A stretch of 64,000 nucleotides of DNA from Planctomycetota bacterium (GTDB taxonomy: Bacteria > Planctomycetota > UBA1135 > JACQFD01): positions 132,046 to 196,045 of the forward strand of contig JAEUHX010000042.1 of assembly GCA_016792805.1 (NCBI GenBank), given 5' to 3'. Positions 36,161 to 45,808 of the stretch are shown here, in pieces. The position numbers and the translations under genes are program-made. Under the pieces are notes generated by a model, which was not told the DNA's origin, did no database searches, and worked only from the letters and a program-made list of their open reading frames with translations. The stretch's first letter is position 1; every line of letters begins with the position of its first letter.

Positions 36161-37423
36161 GTGTCCGACTTCTTCCAGACCGGCGTCGCAACGACGCTTC
36201 ACTACCTGGCAGCGCACGACGGCGAGCGATTTGTGAGAGAACTCGCAGATCCCGGGGCGCGGCCCGTGCAGCTCGTGCTCCCATGCCTGCTCGACGATTT
36301 TCGGTCGCCAGCCATGGAAACGATCCTGGCTCAACTGCCGGGTGCACGATATCTGTATCGTACGATTCTCGTGCTCGGCGGCGCCGAGGAGCGCGATTAT
36401 TTGGATGCGCTCCGTCGCATCAACCGGGCGAGTCCCGGCCTGCACGACGTGCTATGGCTCGAGTCGCCGCGGATTCGTAAGATTCTCGCAGAGCTGGAGG
36501 AACTGGGGCTCGTGCTGATCAATTCGGGAAAGGGCCGCGCGGTATGGCTTGGACTCGGGCTCGCCAATGCCGATGACCGGGAATCGGCGATCGTGGCCCA
36601 TGATTGTGATATCAAGACGTACGAGCGTACGCTGCTGGATCGGCTCGCCTACCCCGTTGCGATTCCGCAGCTCGGCTATGATTACGCAAAAGGTTACTAT
36701 GCGCGCGTCGCCGGACGGCTCTACGGACGCGTGTCGCGGCTCTTCCTCACGCCGCTTCTGCGGTCTCTGATTCGGCTCGTGGGCCCGCACCCTTTCCTAA
36801 TTTTCATGGATTCGTTCCGGTATCCGCTCTCGGGAGAGTTCGCGATGCAGTCAAAGCTCGCACGGCTCGTCAGGATCCCAGGCGACTGGGGGCTCGAGGT
36901 CGGGATGCTCGCGGAAATGTATCGTCTCTGCGCGCCGAGCGGCGTCTGCGACGTCGAGGTGCTGCAGGGTCACTTCGATCACAAGCATCAGGCGCCGGGG
37001 GGGCCGTCCAGCTCCACAGGGCTGAAGCGGATGGCGGTCGAGATTGCACAGACGCTTTTCCGAACTCTCGCGGTCGAGTCGGTCTCTCTCGACGATGGGA
37101 CGCTGCGCACACTGCGGGTCGCTTATATGCGCCTCGCGCAAGATTACATTCGGCGCTACGCCGACGATTCGATCATGGATGGCCTCGAGTACGACCGGCA
37201 CGTCGAGGGGTCGCTCGTGGATTTGTTTACTCATGCGCTTGGGGAGGCGATCGCGCGCTTCCAGGCCGACCCTCTCGCGGCCGCCTATCTCCCCAACTGG
37301 AACCGTGTAATCTCCGCGACTCCCACGGTTCTCGACCAGCTCCGGGAGGCCGTAGACCAAGACGCGAAAGAAGCGCGCGAGAAGCTCTCGCGCCGGAGGC
37401 GCAAGCCCCGGCAGCCGGCGTAG
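36161..37423 (+). CDS. GT81-type glucosyl/mannosyl-3-phosphoglycerate synthase-like glycosyltransferase
   Basis: GGAGGA lies 3 nt upstream of GTG 36161. Recognisable stretches are LVLPCL, GKGRAVWLGLG, IVAHDCDIKTY, YAKGYYARV, GRVSRLFLTPLL, YPLSGEFAM and DWGLEVGML. A HAD phosphatase follows 3 nt downstream. Confidence 0.7.
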   Translation: MSDFFQTGVATTLHYLAAHDGERFVRELADPGARPVQLVLPCLLDDFRSPAMETILAQLPGARYLYRTILVLGGAEERDYLDALRRINRASPGLHDVLWLESPRIRKILAELEELGLVLINSGKGRAVWLGLGLANADDRESAIVAHDCDIKTYERTLLDRLAYPVAIPQLGYDYAKGYYARVAGRLYGRVSRLFLTPLLRSLIRLVGPHPFLIFMDSFRYPLSGEFAMQSKLARLVRIPGDWGLEVGMLAEMYRLCAPSGVCDVEVLQGHFDHKHQAPGGPSSSTGLKRMAVEIAQTLFRTLAVESVSLDDGTLRTLRVAYMRLAQDYIRRYADDSIMDGLEYDRHVEGSLVDLFTHALGEAIARFQADPLAAAYLPNWNRVISATPTVLDQLREAVDQDAKEAREKLSRRRRKPRQPA

Positions 37424-37425
37424 CC

Positions 37426-38241
37426 ATGGTGCGAGCCTTCCTCACGGACCTCGACGGCTGCGCCATCGATGCGGCGGACCCGAAGGGCATTCGCGCCGGG
37501 CAGGCGCTCGCGATGCTGCGAGCGCGCGGGTGGGCCGTTGGAATTGTGACCTCTCGGACGGCGGCGGAAGTAGCTCAATTATGGAGTTTGTGGGACCTTC
37601 GGCCGCCGGCCGTCGTCGAGTCCGGAGGGGCGTTGCTTCTCGGCGACTTGCCGGATGGAGCGCTCCGCTCCCGCGCGATGCCGACTGCCTTCGGCCCCGT
37701 CGTCCCGCTCGGTGCCGCTGCCGACGATTTGTGGGAATCGATGCGGGATGCCGTCGAGGCGCGGGCGGATGTGCGCCGCTTTCGGCAGCTTTCGGACGCC
37801 GAGCTCTCGGAGGTTCTCGGCCTTCCAACGGAGGACCTCGCGCGTGCGCGCGATCGCAGATGGAGCGAACCGCTCGTCGTCGGAGGGCCCCGCGAGTCGC
37901 GCACGTTGCTCGGGGCGGAGTTCGAGCGCCTCGGCCTCCATGCAGCCGACGGCGGTAAGCTCCTCCATGTGCTTCGCGGCTCGGACAAGGGACGCGGGGC
38001 GGCGGAATTGCTCACAGCGCTCGGCTCGGCGCCGGGCGCGGCGGGCTCCGTCGGAGTCGGCGACGCGCCCGGGGATGTCTCCTTCTTACAGATCGTCGCG
38101 TCGGCTTTTGTGATCCGCGCTGAAGGAAAGCCCCATTTCCCGGCGATGCTGGCCGCGCTTCCCCGAGCCCATCTCGTTGCCGAGCCCGGCAGCGCCGGCT
38201 GGCGACGCGTCGTCGCCGCATTGGCGGCTGCCGCCGATTGA
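37426..38241 (+). CDS. HAD-IIB phosphatase (mannosyl/glucosyl-3-phosphoglycerate phosphatase-like)
   Basis: The N-terminal FLTDLDGCAI is the HAD DxDG motif, followed by IVTSRT and later GSDKG...VGVGDAPGDVSF. Paired with the upstream GT81 gene. Confidence 0.7.
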   Translation: MVRAFLTDLDGCAIDAADPKGIRAGQALAMLRARGWAVGIVTSRTAAEVAQLWSLWDLRPPAVVESGGALLLGDLPDGALRSRAMPTAFGPVVPLGAAADDLWESMRDAVEARADVRRFRQLSDAELSEVLGLPTEDLARARDRRWSEPLVVGGPRESRTLLGAEFERLGLHAADGGKLLHVLRGSDKGRGAAELLTALGSAPGAAGSVGVGDAPGDVSFLQIVASAFVIRAEGKPHFPAMLAALPRAHLVAEPGSAGWRRVVAALAAAAD

Positions 38242-38248
38242 GGATTTG

Positions 38249-39517
38249 TTAGCGTCGCCGCCTTGCGATTCGGAAGCCCTGGGGCGCGAACGTCCCCTCA
38301 TGGGCCAGCACGCTTGAATCGAATTGTTTCACCGTGGTGGCCCATGGCGGCACGGGGATGCCGTCGGGGTAGATCCCGAGCGGAATCGAGTGCCGCAGAT
38401 GCCGCTGAATCGCCGACAGGTTCTCGAGCTCGTCATAGCTGACGAAGGTCGTCGCCTTGCCGCTTGCATCGGCGCGCGCCGTTCGGCCCACCCGGTGGAT
38501 GTAATCATCGGGCCGCAGCGGAGTGTCATAATTGACTACATGGGCAATCTGCTCCACGTCGAGGCCGCGTCCGGCGACGTCGGTGGCAATCAGAATTCGT
38601 GCCGACTCGTCCTGGAACATTTCAAGGGCCTTCATGCGCGCCGCCTGAGTGAGGTCTCCATGGAGCGCCGCCACGGGGAGCCCAGCCGCGCGCGTGGCGC
38701 GGTGCAGCTCCTCGGCCTTTACTTTTGTTGCCACAAAAACGAGGCAGGTTCCCGTTTCGGCCCGCAGCAACGCGATAAGCGCAGGGAGCTTCTGCTCGAT
38801 CGCGAGGTAGAGGACCGACTGCTCAGCGCGCTCCGCGACGCGCTGCGCGGCTCCGATCTCGATCGGAATCGGATTGCGCATATGTTGCTTCGCGAGGTTC
38901 GCGATGTCGGTCGGAATCGTCGCGGAGAAGAGGAGCGTCTGGCGCGACGCGGGGGTGACATTGAGAATCCGGTAGACCTGCGGCAGGAAGCCGAGGTCGA
39001 GCATTCGGTCGGCTTCGTCGAGGACGACGATCGCCGTGTGCGAGAGATCGACGGTGCGGTGCTCGATGTGGTCCAGCAGCCGGCCGGGCGTTGCCACGAC
39101 GATTTGCGGTCCGCGGCGTAGTGCCGTCACGTCGGAGCGCAGCGGCAGGCCGCCGACGAGCGCGACGGAGGAGAGGCCGACCGACTCGGCAAGCGGCTCG
39201 ATCACTCCGCGGATTTGGAGGGCGAGTTCGCGCGTTGGCGCCAAAACAACAATTCGGATCGCCCGTTTTGCTTCGGATCGGCCGCGCGAGAGCCTCTCGA
39301 GGGCGGGCACGGAGAAAGCGAGAGTCTTCCCGGTGCCCGTCGGCGCACGCGCCAACAGATCGCGGCCCGCGAGCGCTGCCGGGATCGCCTTTGCCTGAAT
39401 CGGCGTGGGGCGCTCGAAACCACCGGCCGTGAGCGCTCGAAGAAGCGCTTCTGACAGCGGGAATCGCCGGAAACCGGCGTCTTCCGTTTCGGTGGGGGTG
39501 CAGTCTCCTGAGGTCAC
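38249..39517 (-). CDS. DEAD-box ATP-dependent RNA helicase
   Basis: Motifs seen: Q motif (FERPTPIQ), APTGTGKT, PTRELA, VLDEADRMLD, SAT, HGDL, TDVAGRGLD, HRVGRTAR. GTG start at 39517. Confidence 0.92.
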   Translation of the reverse strand: MTSGDCTPTETEDAGFRRFPLSEALLRALTAGGFERPTPIQAKAIPAALAGRDLLARAPTGTGKTLAFSVPALERLSRGRSEAKRAIRIVVLAPTRELALQIRGVIEPLAESVGLSSVALVGGLPLRSDVTALRRGPQIVVATPGRLLDHIEHRTVDLSHTAIVVLDEADRMLDLGFLPQVYRILNVTPASRQTLLFSATIPTDIANLAKQHMRNPIPIEIGAAQRVAERAEQSVLYLAIEQKLPALIALLRAETGTCLVFVATKVKAEELHRATRAAGLPVAALHGDLTQAARMKALEMFQDESARILIATDVAGRGLDVEQIAHVVNYDTPLRPDDYIHRVGRTARADASGKATTFVSYDELENLSAIQRHLRHSIPLGIYPDGIPVPPWATTVKQFDSSVLAHEGTFAPQGFRIARRRR

Positions 39518-39606
39518 TTCGATGGGGAGGGTCTTGGCTTGGGGATCAGTGGCGTCGAAGAGGATACGGGGGCGAGTTCGCGGAAGATTGTCCTTCGGAA
39601 GCCCCC

Positions 39607-39642
39607 TGAAAACGAGCGCGCCGAGCTCGGGGCTCGGCGCGC
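39607..39642 (-). terminator. rho-independent terminator downstream of the RRM gene
   Basis: Minus strand reads GCGCGCCGAGC-CCCGA-GCTCGGCGCGC (11-bp stem) immediately followed by TCGTTTTC. Confidence 0.7.
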
Positions 39643-39702
39643 CAGCATGCTCTTCGGGGGGAGTAACCCCGAAGATGGGTCTCGAGGGTTTGAATCGGTC
39701 GC

Positions 39703-40074
39703 TTAGAACCGATCCCGACGGGGGCCGCCGCGGAATCCGCCGCCGCCACCGCCGCCAAAGCCGCCGCGATCGCCACCGCGGAAGCCACCGCCACCACCGC
39801 CGCCGAAGCCGCCGCCACGCGGCGGACGATCTTCCGCCTCGGTGACGCGGAGCGGACGACCGCCCATGTTCTGGCCGTTCTTGGTCTGCATCACGTCGGC
39901 GGCTTCCTCCGGCGTGCTCATGGTGACGAAGCCAAATCCACGGGACCGACCGGTCTCGCGGTCGGTCATGATCTTCACGTCGACGACGGTGCGGCCGCCC
40001 TCGCTGAAGAATCCACGGAGATCTGCTTCGGTCGTGCTAAAGGGCAAATTGCCCACGTAGAGTCTCGAACCCAT
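39703..40074 (-). CDS. RRM-type RNA-binding protein with RGG/Gly-rich tail
   Basis: ATG 40074 gives MGSRLYVGNLPF (RNP2) ...RGFGFVTM (RNP1), then GGGFGGGGGGGFRGGDRGGFGGGGGGGFRGG. Confidence 0.9.
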   Translation of the reverse strand: MGSRLYVGNLPFSTTEADLRGFFSEGGRTVVDVKIMTDRETGRSRGFGFVTMSTPEEAADVMQTKNGQNMGGRPLRVTEAEDRPPRGGGFGGGGGGGFRGGDRGGFGGGGGGGFRGGPRRDRF

Positions 40075-40445
40075 CGAAGTGTCCTTGTCCCGGCACGGAC
40101 GCAGGGTTGGCCGGGAACTCACGCGAGCCCCGGCCGATCTCTCGGGGCGAAAGTCGTAACGCGACGCGGCGATCGGGAGCCACGGGTGCCTTCATCCGTC
40201 GCCTCGACTTGCGACGCGGCTCGGGGAGCTGCGCCGCACCCGCACCCGAGGCTTCCCGATTGGGAGGCCCCACAGGCGGGCCGAACAAGACCCTTTTCCA
40301 GTGACGGGGAACCGCGGACGGCCCGATCGCCTTTGAGAGTGCTGATTCGGAGAGATACGAACCGGTGAGACGAGCGGGAGAATAGCCTTCAAGCGGCAGC
40401 CTGTGGAAGCAAAGAAAGTGGGGATTGCAGCGGTAGGGTGCTCCG

Positions 40446-40859
40446 ATGCCCGACGAGCTCTCTCCGTCTCCTGCGGCGCTTCAGCGCGTGCCGGCGATCC
40501 GCGTCGCCATGATGCCCAAGGACACCAATGCCCTGGGAAGCGTATTCGGCGGCGTGATTCTGTCCCATCTCGACGTCGCCGGCGCCGTGGAGGCCCGAAA
40601 GCACGGTCCGAACCGCATGTTCGTGACCGTGGCGATGAACCATGTGGTGTTCGATGCGCCGGTCTTCGTCGGCGATCTGGTTTCGTTCTATACGGAAACG
40701 AAGTCGGTGGGGCGCACCAGCGTAACAGTGCGCTGCGAGGTGGAGGCGGAGCGTCACAGAAACCCGGGTTTGCGTGTTCGCGTGATGGACGCAGAAATTG
40801 TGTACGTTGCGGTCGACGAGAGCCGCCGCCCGATTCCCGTCAAGGACCCCGTTGGGTGA
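40446..40859 (+). CDS. acyl-CoA thioesterase (hotdog fold, YciA-like)
   Basis: [26 protein letters not shown]...[22 protein letters not shown]...VGRTSVTV. Confidence 0.85.
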   Translation: MPDELSPSPAALQRVPAIRVAMMPKDTNALGSVFGGVILSHLDVAGAVEARKHGPNRMFVTVAMNHVVFDAPVFVGDLVSFYTETKSVGRTSVTVRCEVEAERHRNPGLRVRVMDAEIVYVAVDESRRPIPVKDPVG

Positions 40860-40870
40860 TCGATTGTTGC

Positions 40871-41752
40871 ATGGGAAACTCTCACACATGTGCGCTCGCG
40901 TTTCTTTTCGCGCTAAGCCTTGGATCCTGCGCAGCGCGTGAAAGATCTCAACCCCATCGCCCCGAGCGCTATGCGGATTCCTGGGGTCAGTTTTTCATCG
41001 ACACATATACGAATCCGCGGCAGGTCTCGATCCTTCGTCTCGGTGCCGGTGAGGCACGCGCCGCGGAATATTGGGTTTTTGAGTGGGCCGAGGGAGGCGA
41101 GCAGCTTCGGCCGCTCTACAAGTCGAGATTGCTCACGACTTGGGCACCGTGGAGCTGGCGCGCCGAGGGCGACGGCCGGTTTCTTGTGACCTTCGACGAC
41201 CGGTTCGAGCCCCAGGGATCGACCGACCACTGCGTCGTGATCTATGATTTCGTCCGCGGCGAATCCAAGGCCATGCGTGCCGACGATTTCGTTCCAGAAA
41301 AATGGCGCGGCAGCGAGGGCGTGCGACACCAGTGGGACGGCGGCCCCGCGTACGTGGACCCGCTCCTTCAGGTGATCTACACGACGACCCCCGCTCGCGC
41401 TCGGCAGGGGACGAATCCATTCGTCGTCATCGATCTCCCGAGCTTGAGCGTGCGCGCGGAGCCGCCGCCCGTCGCATTGCCAGCGCGCACTTATTGTGAG
41501 ACCAGCAATGGGCACGTGTGGGAATGGGCCTTCTCGATGGGCAGCGCGCCGGAGCCGAGCTGGCTCGCGCCCTTCGCTCTCCCCACATATCTGAAAGGTA
41601 GGCGCGTTCAGCCGCTCGAAGACCGCACAGCATTCGGTGCGGCGAGCGATGAAGTGTTCTTCCGGCTCGATCCTGCGCAAAGCGTCTATGTGCGCTGCGA
41701 CCGGGCGGAGTGGCGCGAGCCACCGTCGACGTGGGCGAAGCCACAGAAGTAG
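40871..41752 (+). CDS. hypothetical lipoprotein
   Basis: ATG 40871 gives MGNSHTCALAFLFALSLGSC (lipobox). The upstream part of track ORF 40403..41752 overlaps the thioesterase gene in another frame. Confidence 0.6.
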   Translation: MGNSHTCALAFLFALSLGSCAARERSQPHRPERYADSWGQFFIDTYTNPRQVSILRLGAGEARAAEYWVFEWAEGGEQLRPLYKSRLLTTWAPWSWRAEGDGRFLVTFDDRFEPQGSTDHCVVIYDFVRGESKAMRADDFVPEKWRGSEGVRHQWDGGPAYVDPLLQVIYTTTPARARQGTNPFVVIDLPSLSVRAEPPPVALPARTYCETSNGHVWEWAFSMGSAPEPSWLAPFALPTYLKGRRVQPLEDRTAFGAASDEVFFRLDPAQSVYVRCDRAEWREPPSTWAKPQK

Positions 41753-41778
41753 TGCGCTTTCGGATTCGAGCCGCGCGG

Positions 41779-42306
41779 ATGCGTCTCAACGCGTCGTTCC
41801 TCATCGCGATCTGTGTGCTTGGCGTTCCGTCCTGCGGACGTGTGGGCGGCGCTGCGAACTTCTGGGCCAGCTATCGAAGCGAACACATCGTCGCGAAGGA
41901 AAGCGACCAGGGTCCCTGGGGCGGCTGGCGTTGGATCCACTGGAAGGCGGACGGTGCCGGGACCTTCGAGGAGGCTTCCATTCGGGAATACGCCGAGCGC
42001 CGCGGTTGGAAGTTCGAGGAGCGGAGGGAGTTTGCCGCGCACTCGCTTCTGGATTGGGTGTCCGCAGATGGAAAGCCGGTGTTTCCGACAGAGCTCTCCA
42101 TGGACCTGAGACCGATCGATGATCAACGATCGGAGAGGTTCCCTCGGCAGATCTCCGCGGATTCCGTCGTTCTGCAATGGAATAGCGGCTGGATGCGCTC
42201 CGATCCTGGACTCGGCCCCGACACCAAGCTCGTCCCGGCCCCTGGTTGGATTCACCTCAGCAAGGACGGCCGCGAGATGGCCGTTTACCACATGTGGGGA
42301 GAATGA
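41779..42306 (+). CDS. hypothetical lipoprotein
   Basis: ATG 41779 gives MRLNASFLIAICVLGVPSCG (lipobox). The mature domain is Trp-rich and belongs to no family I recognise. Confidence 0.55.
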   Translation: MRLNASFLIAICVLGVPSCGRVGGAANFWASYRSEHIVAKESDQGPWGGWRWIHWKADGAGTFEEASIREYAERRGWKFEERREFAAHSLLDWVSADGKPVFPTELSMDLRPIDDQRSERFPRQISADSVVLQWNSGWMRSDPGLGPDTKLVPAPGWIHLSKDGREMAVYHMWGE

Positions 42307-42421
42307 CTGGCAGTGTTGTGAAGCCTGAGAGTGGACTTGCCGTAGGAGTTCCCGATAGGCCATCAGGCTGCCGTATCGCCGGACGACGACATCCCTTATT
42401 CTGCGCTTGGAGGTATTTCCG

Positions 42422-44002
42422 ATGCACCGTGGTCTCTGGGCCGTGCTGCTTCTTTGCGGCACCGGCCTCGCGCAAACGACTCTGCCGTTGCAGGGTGGCT
42501 ACTCCGCCAAGCCGATGCTCGACGTCGACGGCGACGGGCTCGCCGATTACGTCGTTGGAAATTACAACTCTGGAGAGATCCGGTCGGGCGCGACGGGTGC
42601 GTTGATTCGGTCCTTCGGGCCTTTCATGACCTTCCCGTTCTTCTGCGGCGGGGAAGCGGCTTCGGCGGAGATCGACGACGTCGATGGCGACGGGCTCAAT
42701 GATGTCGCGTTCAGTGTGCCCGCGGATTGTTGCAAGTACTCGGACCCGGGCAAAGTTTGGGCATTCTCCTCTGCAACGGGATTACTGCTTTGGACTCACA
42801 CCGGCCCGGGCTGCTCAAACTTCGGAAAAGTTCTGGAGACCGTGGGCGACCTGAATCAGGACGGCGCTCGTGATCTCATCGTGAGCAGCAGCAACTTCAC
42901 GCGAGTCATCTCAGGGGTCAACGGAACGCAGATCTATCAAATACCGTTGACGGGCCGAGCGCCCGCCGCCCTCGGCGATATTACTGGCGATGGGATTGCT
43001 GATCTTCTTCTTGGTGGACCTCATGTGAATAGCCAACAGGGCCAGCTGCTTGCACTCTCCGGAGCCGATGCCATAAGCGGCGTTCCTATAGATGGAGTCA
43101 CGCCCGGCGACATGCTCGGGTGGTCGGTCAGCGGTGCCGCAGATCTCAACGGAGACGGAGTACCCGACTACCTCGCCGGCGCGCCGGGCAGCGACGTCGG
43201 CGTCCCCGAAGGCGGGTGTATCTATGCATTCTCAGGCGCCACGGCCCAACTCATTCAACGTGTGAGCGGGGTTTGGCCCCAGGATCGGCTGGGCGCATCG
43301 TGTGCCGACGCGGGGGATGTGGACCAGGATGGGTATCGCGAGATCGCAGGCGGACGTCTCTTGTCAGCTCTCGGGCGCGGAGGATATGTGAGAGTTCAAT
43401 CCGTTGGAGCTGGCACCGTCGATCACCTGCTCCTCGGTGCTCCTGGCGCGCTCGCCATCGGCAACCGGCTGATCGCCATGGGCGATCTCAATCTCGACGG
43501 CAGGCCGGAGTTGGGAGTTTGCTTCTCCGAGAACCTGATACCGGGAGGGCTTACGCCGTCGATCTCTTTCATCAATATCGACACGGGATTGAGAAGCTAC
43601 GGGACCGGAACGGTCGGTTGCTTCGGCGGCCATCCCCTGGACAGCAATGGGCCGCCACAGGTGGGGAATCAGAATTTTGGGATCCTCACACATGGTGCGC
43701 TGAACGGCGGAATGAGCATGCTGCTGCTCAGCGATGTCCCGGATCTCGTCGGGACGGATCTCTTTCAAGTGGGGATCAAGATCCACCTGCAGATCACGGC
43801 CTCGGCTCAAGTGCATCCTTTTGCGGCGCAAGGCAATGGCTCAGTGTCGGCCCTGCTCCCCATTCCGAACGTGCCCGCACTCATCGGCGCGCGCTTCTAC
43901 GCCCAGGGTATTGTGTATTGGCTTCCCGATCAAACTCCCTGTACGCCATCGCCGCTCAGCCTCAGCTCCACGGCTGGATTGATGATGATCGTGCAGCCGT
44001 GA
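42422..44002 (+). CDS. secreted FG-GAP (integrin-alpha/VCBS-like) repeat protein with family-specific C-terminal domain
   Basis: GGAGG lies upstream of ATG 42422. Signal peptide MHRGLWAVLLLCGTGLAQT. Seven Ca-binding-type repeats are visible (DVDGDGLADYVVG, DVDGDGLNDVAF, DLNQDGARDLIV, DITGDGIADLLLG, DLNGDGVPDYLAGAP, DVDQDGYREIAGG, DLNLDGRPELGV). The C-terminus is ...LPIPNVPALIGARFYAQG...LSLSSTAGLMMIVQP. Confidence 0.85.
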   Translation: MHRGLWAVLLLCGTGLAQTTLPLQGGYSAKPMLDVDGDGLADYVVGNYNSGEIRSGATGALIRSFGPFMTFPFFCGGEAASAEIDDVDGDGLNDVAFSVPADCCKYSDPGKVWAFSSATGLLLWTHTGPGCSNFGKVLETVGDLNQDGARDLIVSSSNFTRVISGVNGTQIYQIPLTGRAPAALGDITGDGIADLLLGGPHVNSQQGQLLALSGADAISGVPIDGVTPGDMLGWSVSGAADLNGDGVPDYLAGAPGSDVGVPEGGCIYAFSGATAQLIQRVSGVWPQDRLGASCADAGDVDQDGYREIAGGRLLSALGRGGYVRVQSVGAGTVDHLLLGAPGALAIGNRLIAMGDLNLDGRPELGVCFSENLIPGGLTPSISFINIDTGLRSYGTGTVGCFGGHPLDSNGPPQVGNQNFGILTHGALNGGMSMLLLSDVPDLVGTDLFQVGIKIHLQITASAQVHPFAAQGNGSVSALLPIPNVPALIGARFYAQGIVYWLPDQTPCTPSPLSLSSTAGLMMIVQP

Positions 44003-44064
44003 AGGATCGCTGGGGACTCGCGAGCGCTCCATGGGAAGCTGGATCGGGCTCGCCAGGATCCCGA

Positions 44065-45306
44065 TCAGCGGAGAAGTGACTTCGCCCGAAGGCGGACACG
44101 CTGCGATTCATACCAGCGGTCGGCGACCGCGCGGGCCGCGACGAGGATCGCTTCACCCCCAGCGCGAAGCTCCGGCGGAAGCGGCTGCGCGAACTCGTCG
44201 GCTCCCGGAAGCGCCTCAAGAAACGCCGCGAGCACATCTCGGCGCGGCTCTTCGGCGAGCGCCTGGAATATGCTCACTTCCAATAATGGTGCGAGCCAGT
44301 CGGCTGCTTCGGAGCCGACCTGGTTGCGCAAGTACGCGCGCGTTCGAAGGCGCGCCGTATGTCCACTCTTCGAGAACACTTGCCGCACGCGCTCGGGGCG
44401 TTCCGGCGCGGCGAGCCCGCGAAGCTCGAGGACCACGCGCGCGCCCTCCACGGCATCTGCGTCGAGCTTCCCGGCGAGCCGGCTCAGGCGGATGTCGTCC
44501 TCCGGAACTCCGATCTCGCTCAGCAATTGTGCGTGGAAGCGGACGGTCGCGAGCGACTCCGCCGGATCGTCGAGCACAAGCCGCGCTCGCGCGCGGGCCG
44601 ACTCCACAGCTTTTGTTATTTCTTCAGCGGGAGCGACCGCCGCCGATGCAGACAGAAACTGGACCTCGCGATGCAGAAGCTCAAGGCTCGGAGAAGTAAT
44701 ATCTTCCGCGTGCGTCGGATAGCGAAGCGCGCGTGCGGGACCGAGAGTGACGACGCTCGGCGCTGCGGCGCCGGGCGGAGTCCACTCCAGCGTGAAGAGT
44801 GCCGTGAGCGCATGGGAAGTGGATGTGTAAGAACCTCTGTTCGCCCACCGCGGTTGCGCTTTTGCGGACGCAAAGGCTGCGCCTCGAAGCAGGAAGGTCG
44901 CCGCGACGCCGGGCGCGACCGTCCGGCGCTCAACGCTCCCTCCCGCGCCTGAAGTGAACTTTGCGATATCGATCGTCGCCTCTTTGCCATCGCAATGGAG
45001 ATGCATCTCGGCGCCTTCGGAGGTTGCGTTCCATGCACAAAAACGCGCCGAGACGGGAACGGAGATCTCGCTCGGCGTCTCCAGGGTGAACACAATCGCT
45101 TTCCCCTGGCGGCTCTCGTCGAGCCGCGCTCGAAGAGATTCTCGGGCCCAGGCGGCAGCCTGCTCGCGCAGTGCCGCATCGGTGGGAAACACCTGCGCCG
45201 ACGCGCTCTGTAGCGGGCTCCCCTGCGGCCCGCGGTAGGGTGCACCGCCGTGCAGAGCCGACACAGCTGTGAGGAGCCCAGCGACTCCGAGGAGATGAGG
45301 GACCAT
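44065..45306 (-). CDS. secreted hypothetical protein
   Basis: ATG 45306 gives MVPHLLGVAGLLTAVSALHG (signal-like). It reads as 413 aa with good GC3 bias, a beta-rich N-terminal half and a helical C-terminal half. No family recognised. Confidence 0.55.
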   Translation of the reverse strand: MVPHLLGVAGLLTAVSALHGGAPYRGPQGSPLQSASAQVFPTDAALREQAAAWARESLRARLDESRQGKAIVFTLETPSEISVPVSARFCAWNATSEGAEMHLHCDGKEATIDIAKFTSGAGGSVERRTVAPGVAATFLLRGAAFASAKAQPRWANRGSYTSTSHALTALFTLEWTPPGAAAPSVVTLGPARALRYPTHAEDITSPSLELLHREVQFLSASAAVAPAEEITKAVESARARARLVLDDPAESLATVRFHAQLLSEIGVPEDDIRLSRLAGKLDADAVEGARVVLELRGLAAPERPERVRQVFSKSGHTARLRTRAYLRNQVGSEAADWLAPLLEVSIFQALAEEPRRDVLAAFLEALPGADEFAQPLPPELRAGGEAILVAARAVADRWYESQRVRLRAKSLLR

Positions 45307-45358
45307 GGCTGCCACGCTAGCGGCCTCTGAGCACGCCGTCACCGTATGCTGGGCCGTC

Positions 45359-45808
45359 ATGTCGATTCCTGTTCCCGGCGACGCGCTTGCGCTCGCCTTC
45401 GATCACGTGGCCTTCGCGGTCCCCGATCTGGAGGCCGCGATCGCGGAGTATGGCAAGCACCTGCGGCTCGTGGTCGCCCACCGGGAGCGCATCGAGGAGC
45501 AGGGCGTGGAGGAGGCGCTTCTCGCGGTTGGCGGCAGCTTCGTTCAACTGTTATGTCCGCTCGGGCCGGAGACGCCCGTCGGCAAGTTTCTCACGAAGCG
45601 CGGGCCTGGGATTCACCATGTCGGGTACCGGGTCGCCAGCATCGAGCAGGCGCTTGCGGCGATGAAGGCGAGCGGCGCTCGCCTCATCGATGAGAAGCCG
45701 CGTCGCGGCTCGCGCGGCACGCGCATCGCATTTGTGCATCCGGCGGCTCTGGGCGGGCCGCTCGTGGAGCTGGTGGAGGAGCCGGCGGAGGGCTCGCACC
45801 ATGGGTGA
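45359..45808 (+). CDS. mce: methylmalonyl-CoA epimerase (VOC/glyoxalase fold)
   Basis: FDHVAFAVPDLEAAIAEY...VQLLCPLGPETPVGKFLTKRGPGIHHVGYRVASIEQALAAMKASGARLID...IAFVHPAALGGPLVELVE. Confidence 0.85.
   Translation: MSIPVPGDALALAFDHVAFAVPDLEAAIAEYGKHLRLVVAHRERIEEQGVEEALLAVGGSFVQLLCPLGPETPVGKFLTKRGPGIHHVGYRVASIEQALAAMKASGARLIDEKPRRGSRGTRIAFVHPAALGGPLVELVEEPAEGSHHG

Noticed and set aside
37417-37430. GGCGTAGCCATGG resembles the reverse complement of the repeat core CCTTGGCTACGCC
   Set aside because: It is only 13 nt with a mismatch and spans the stop/start junction of two intact genes. No flanking palindrome arms are present, so it is probably chance.
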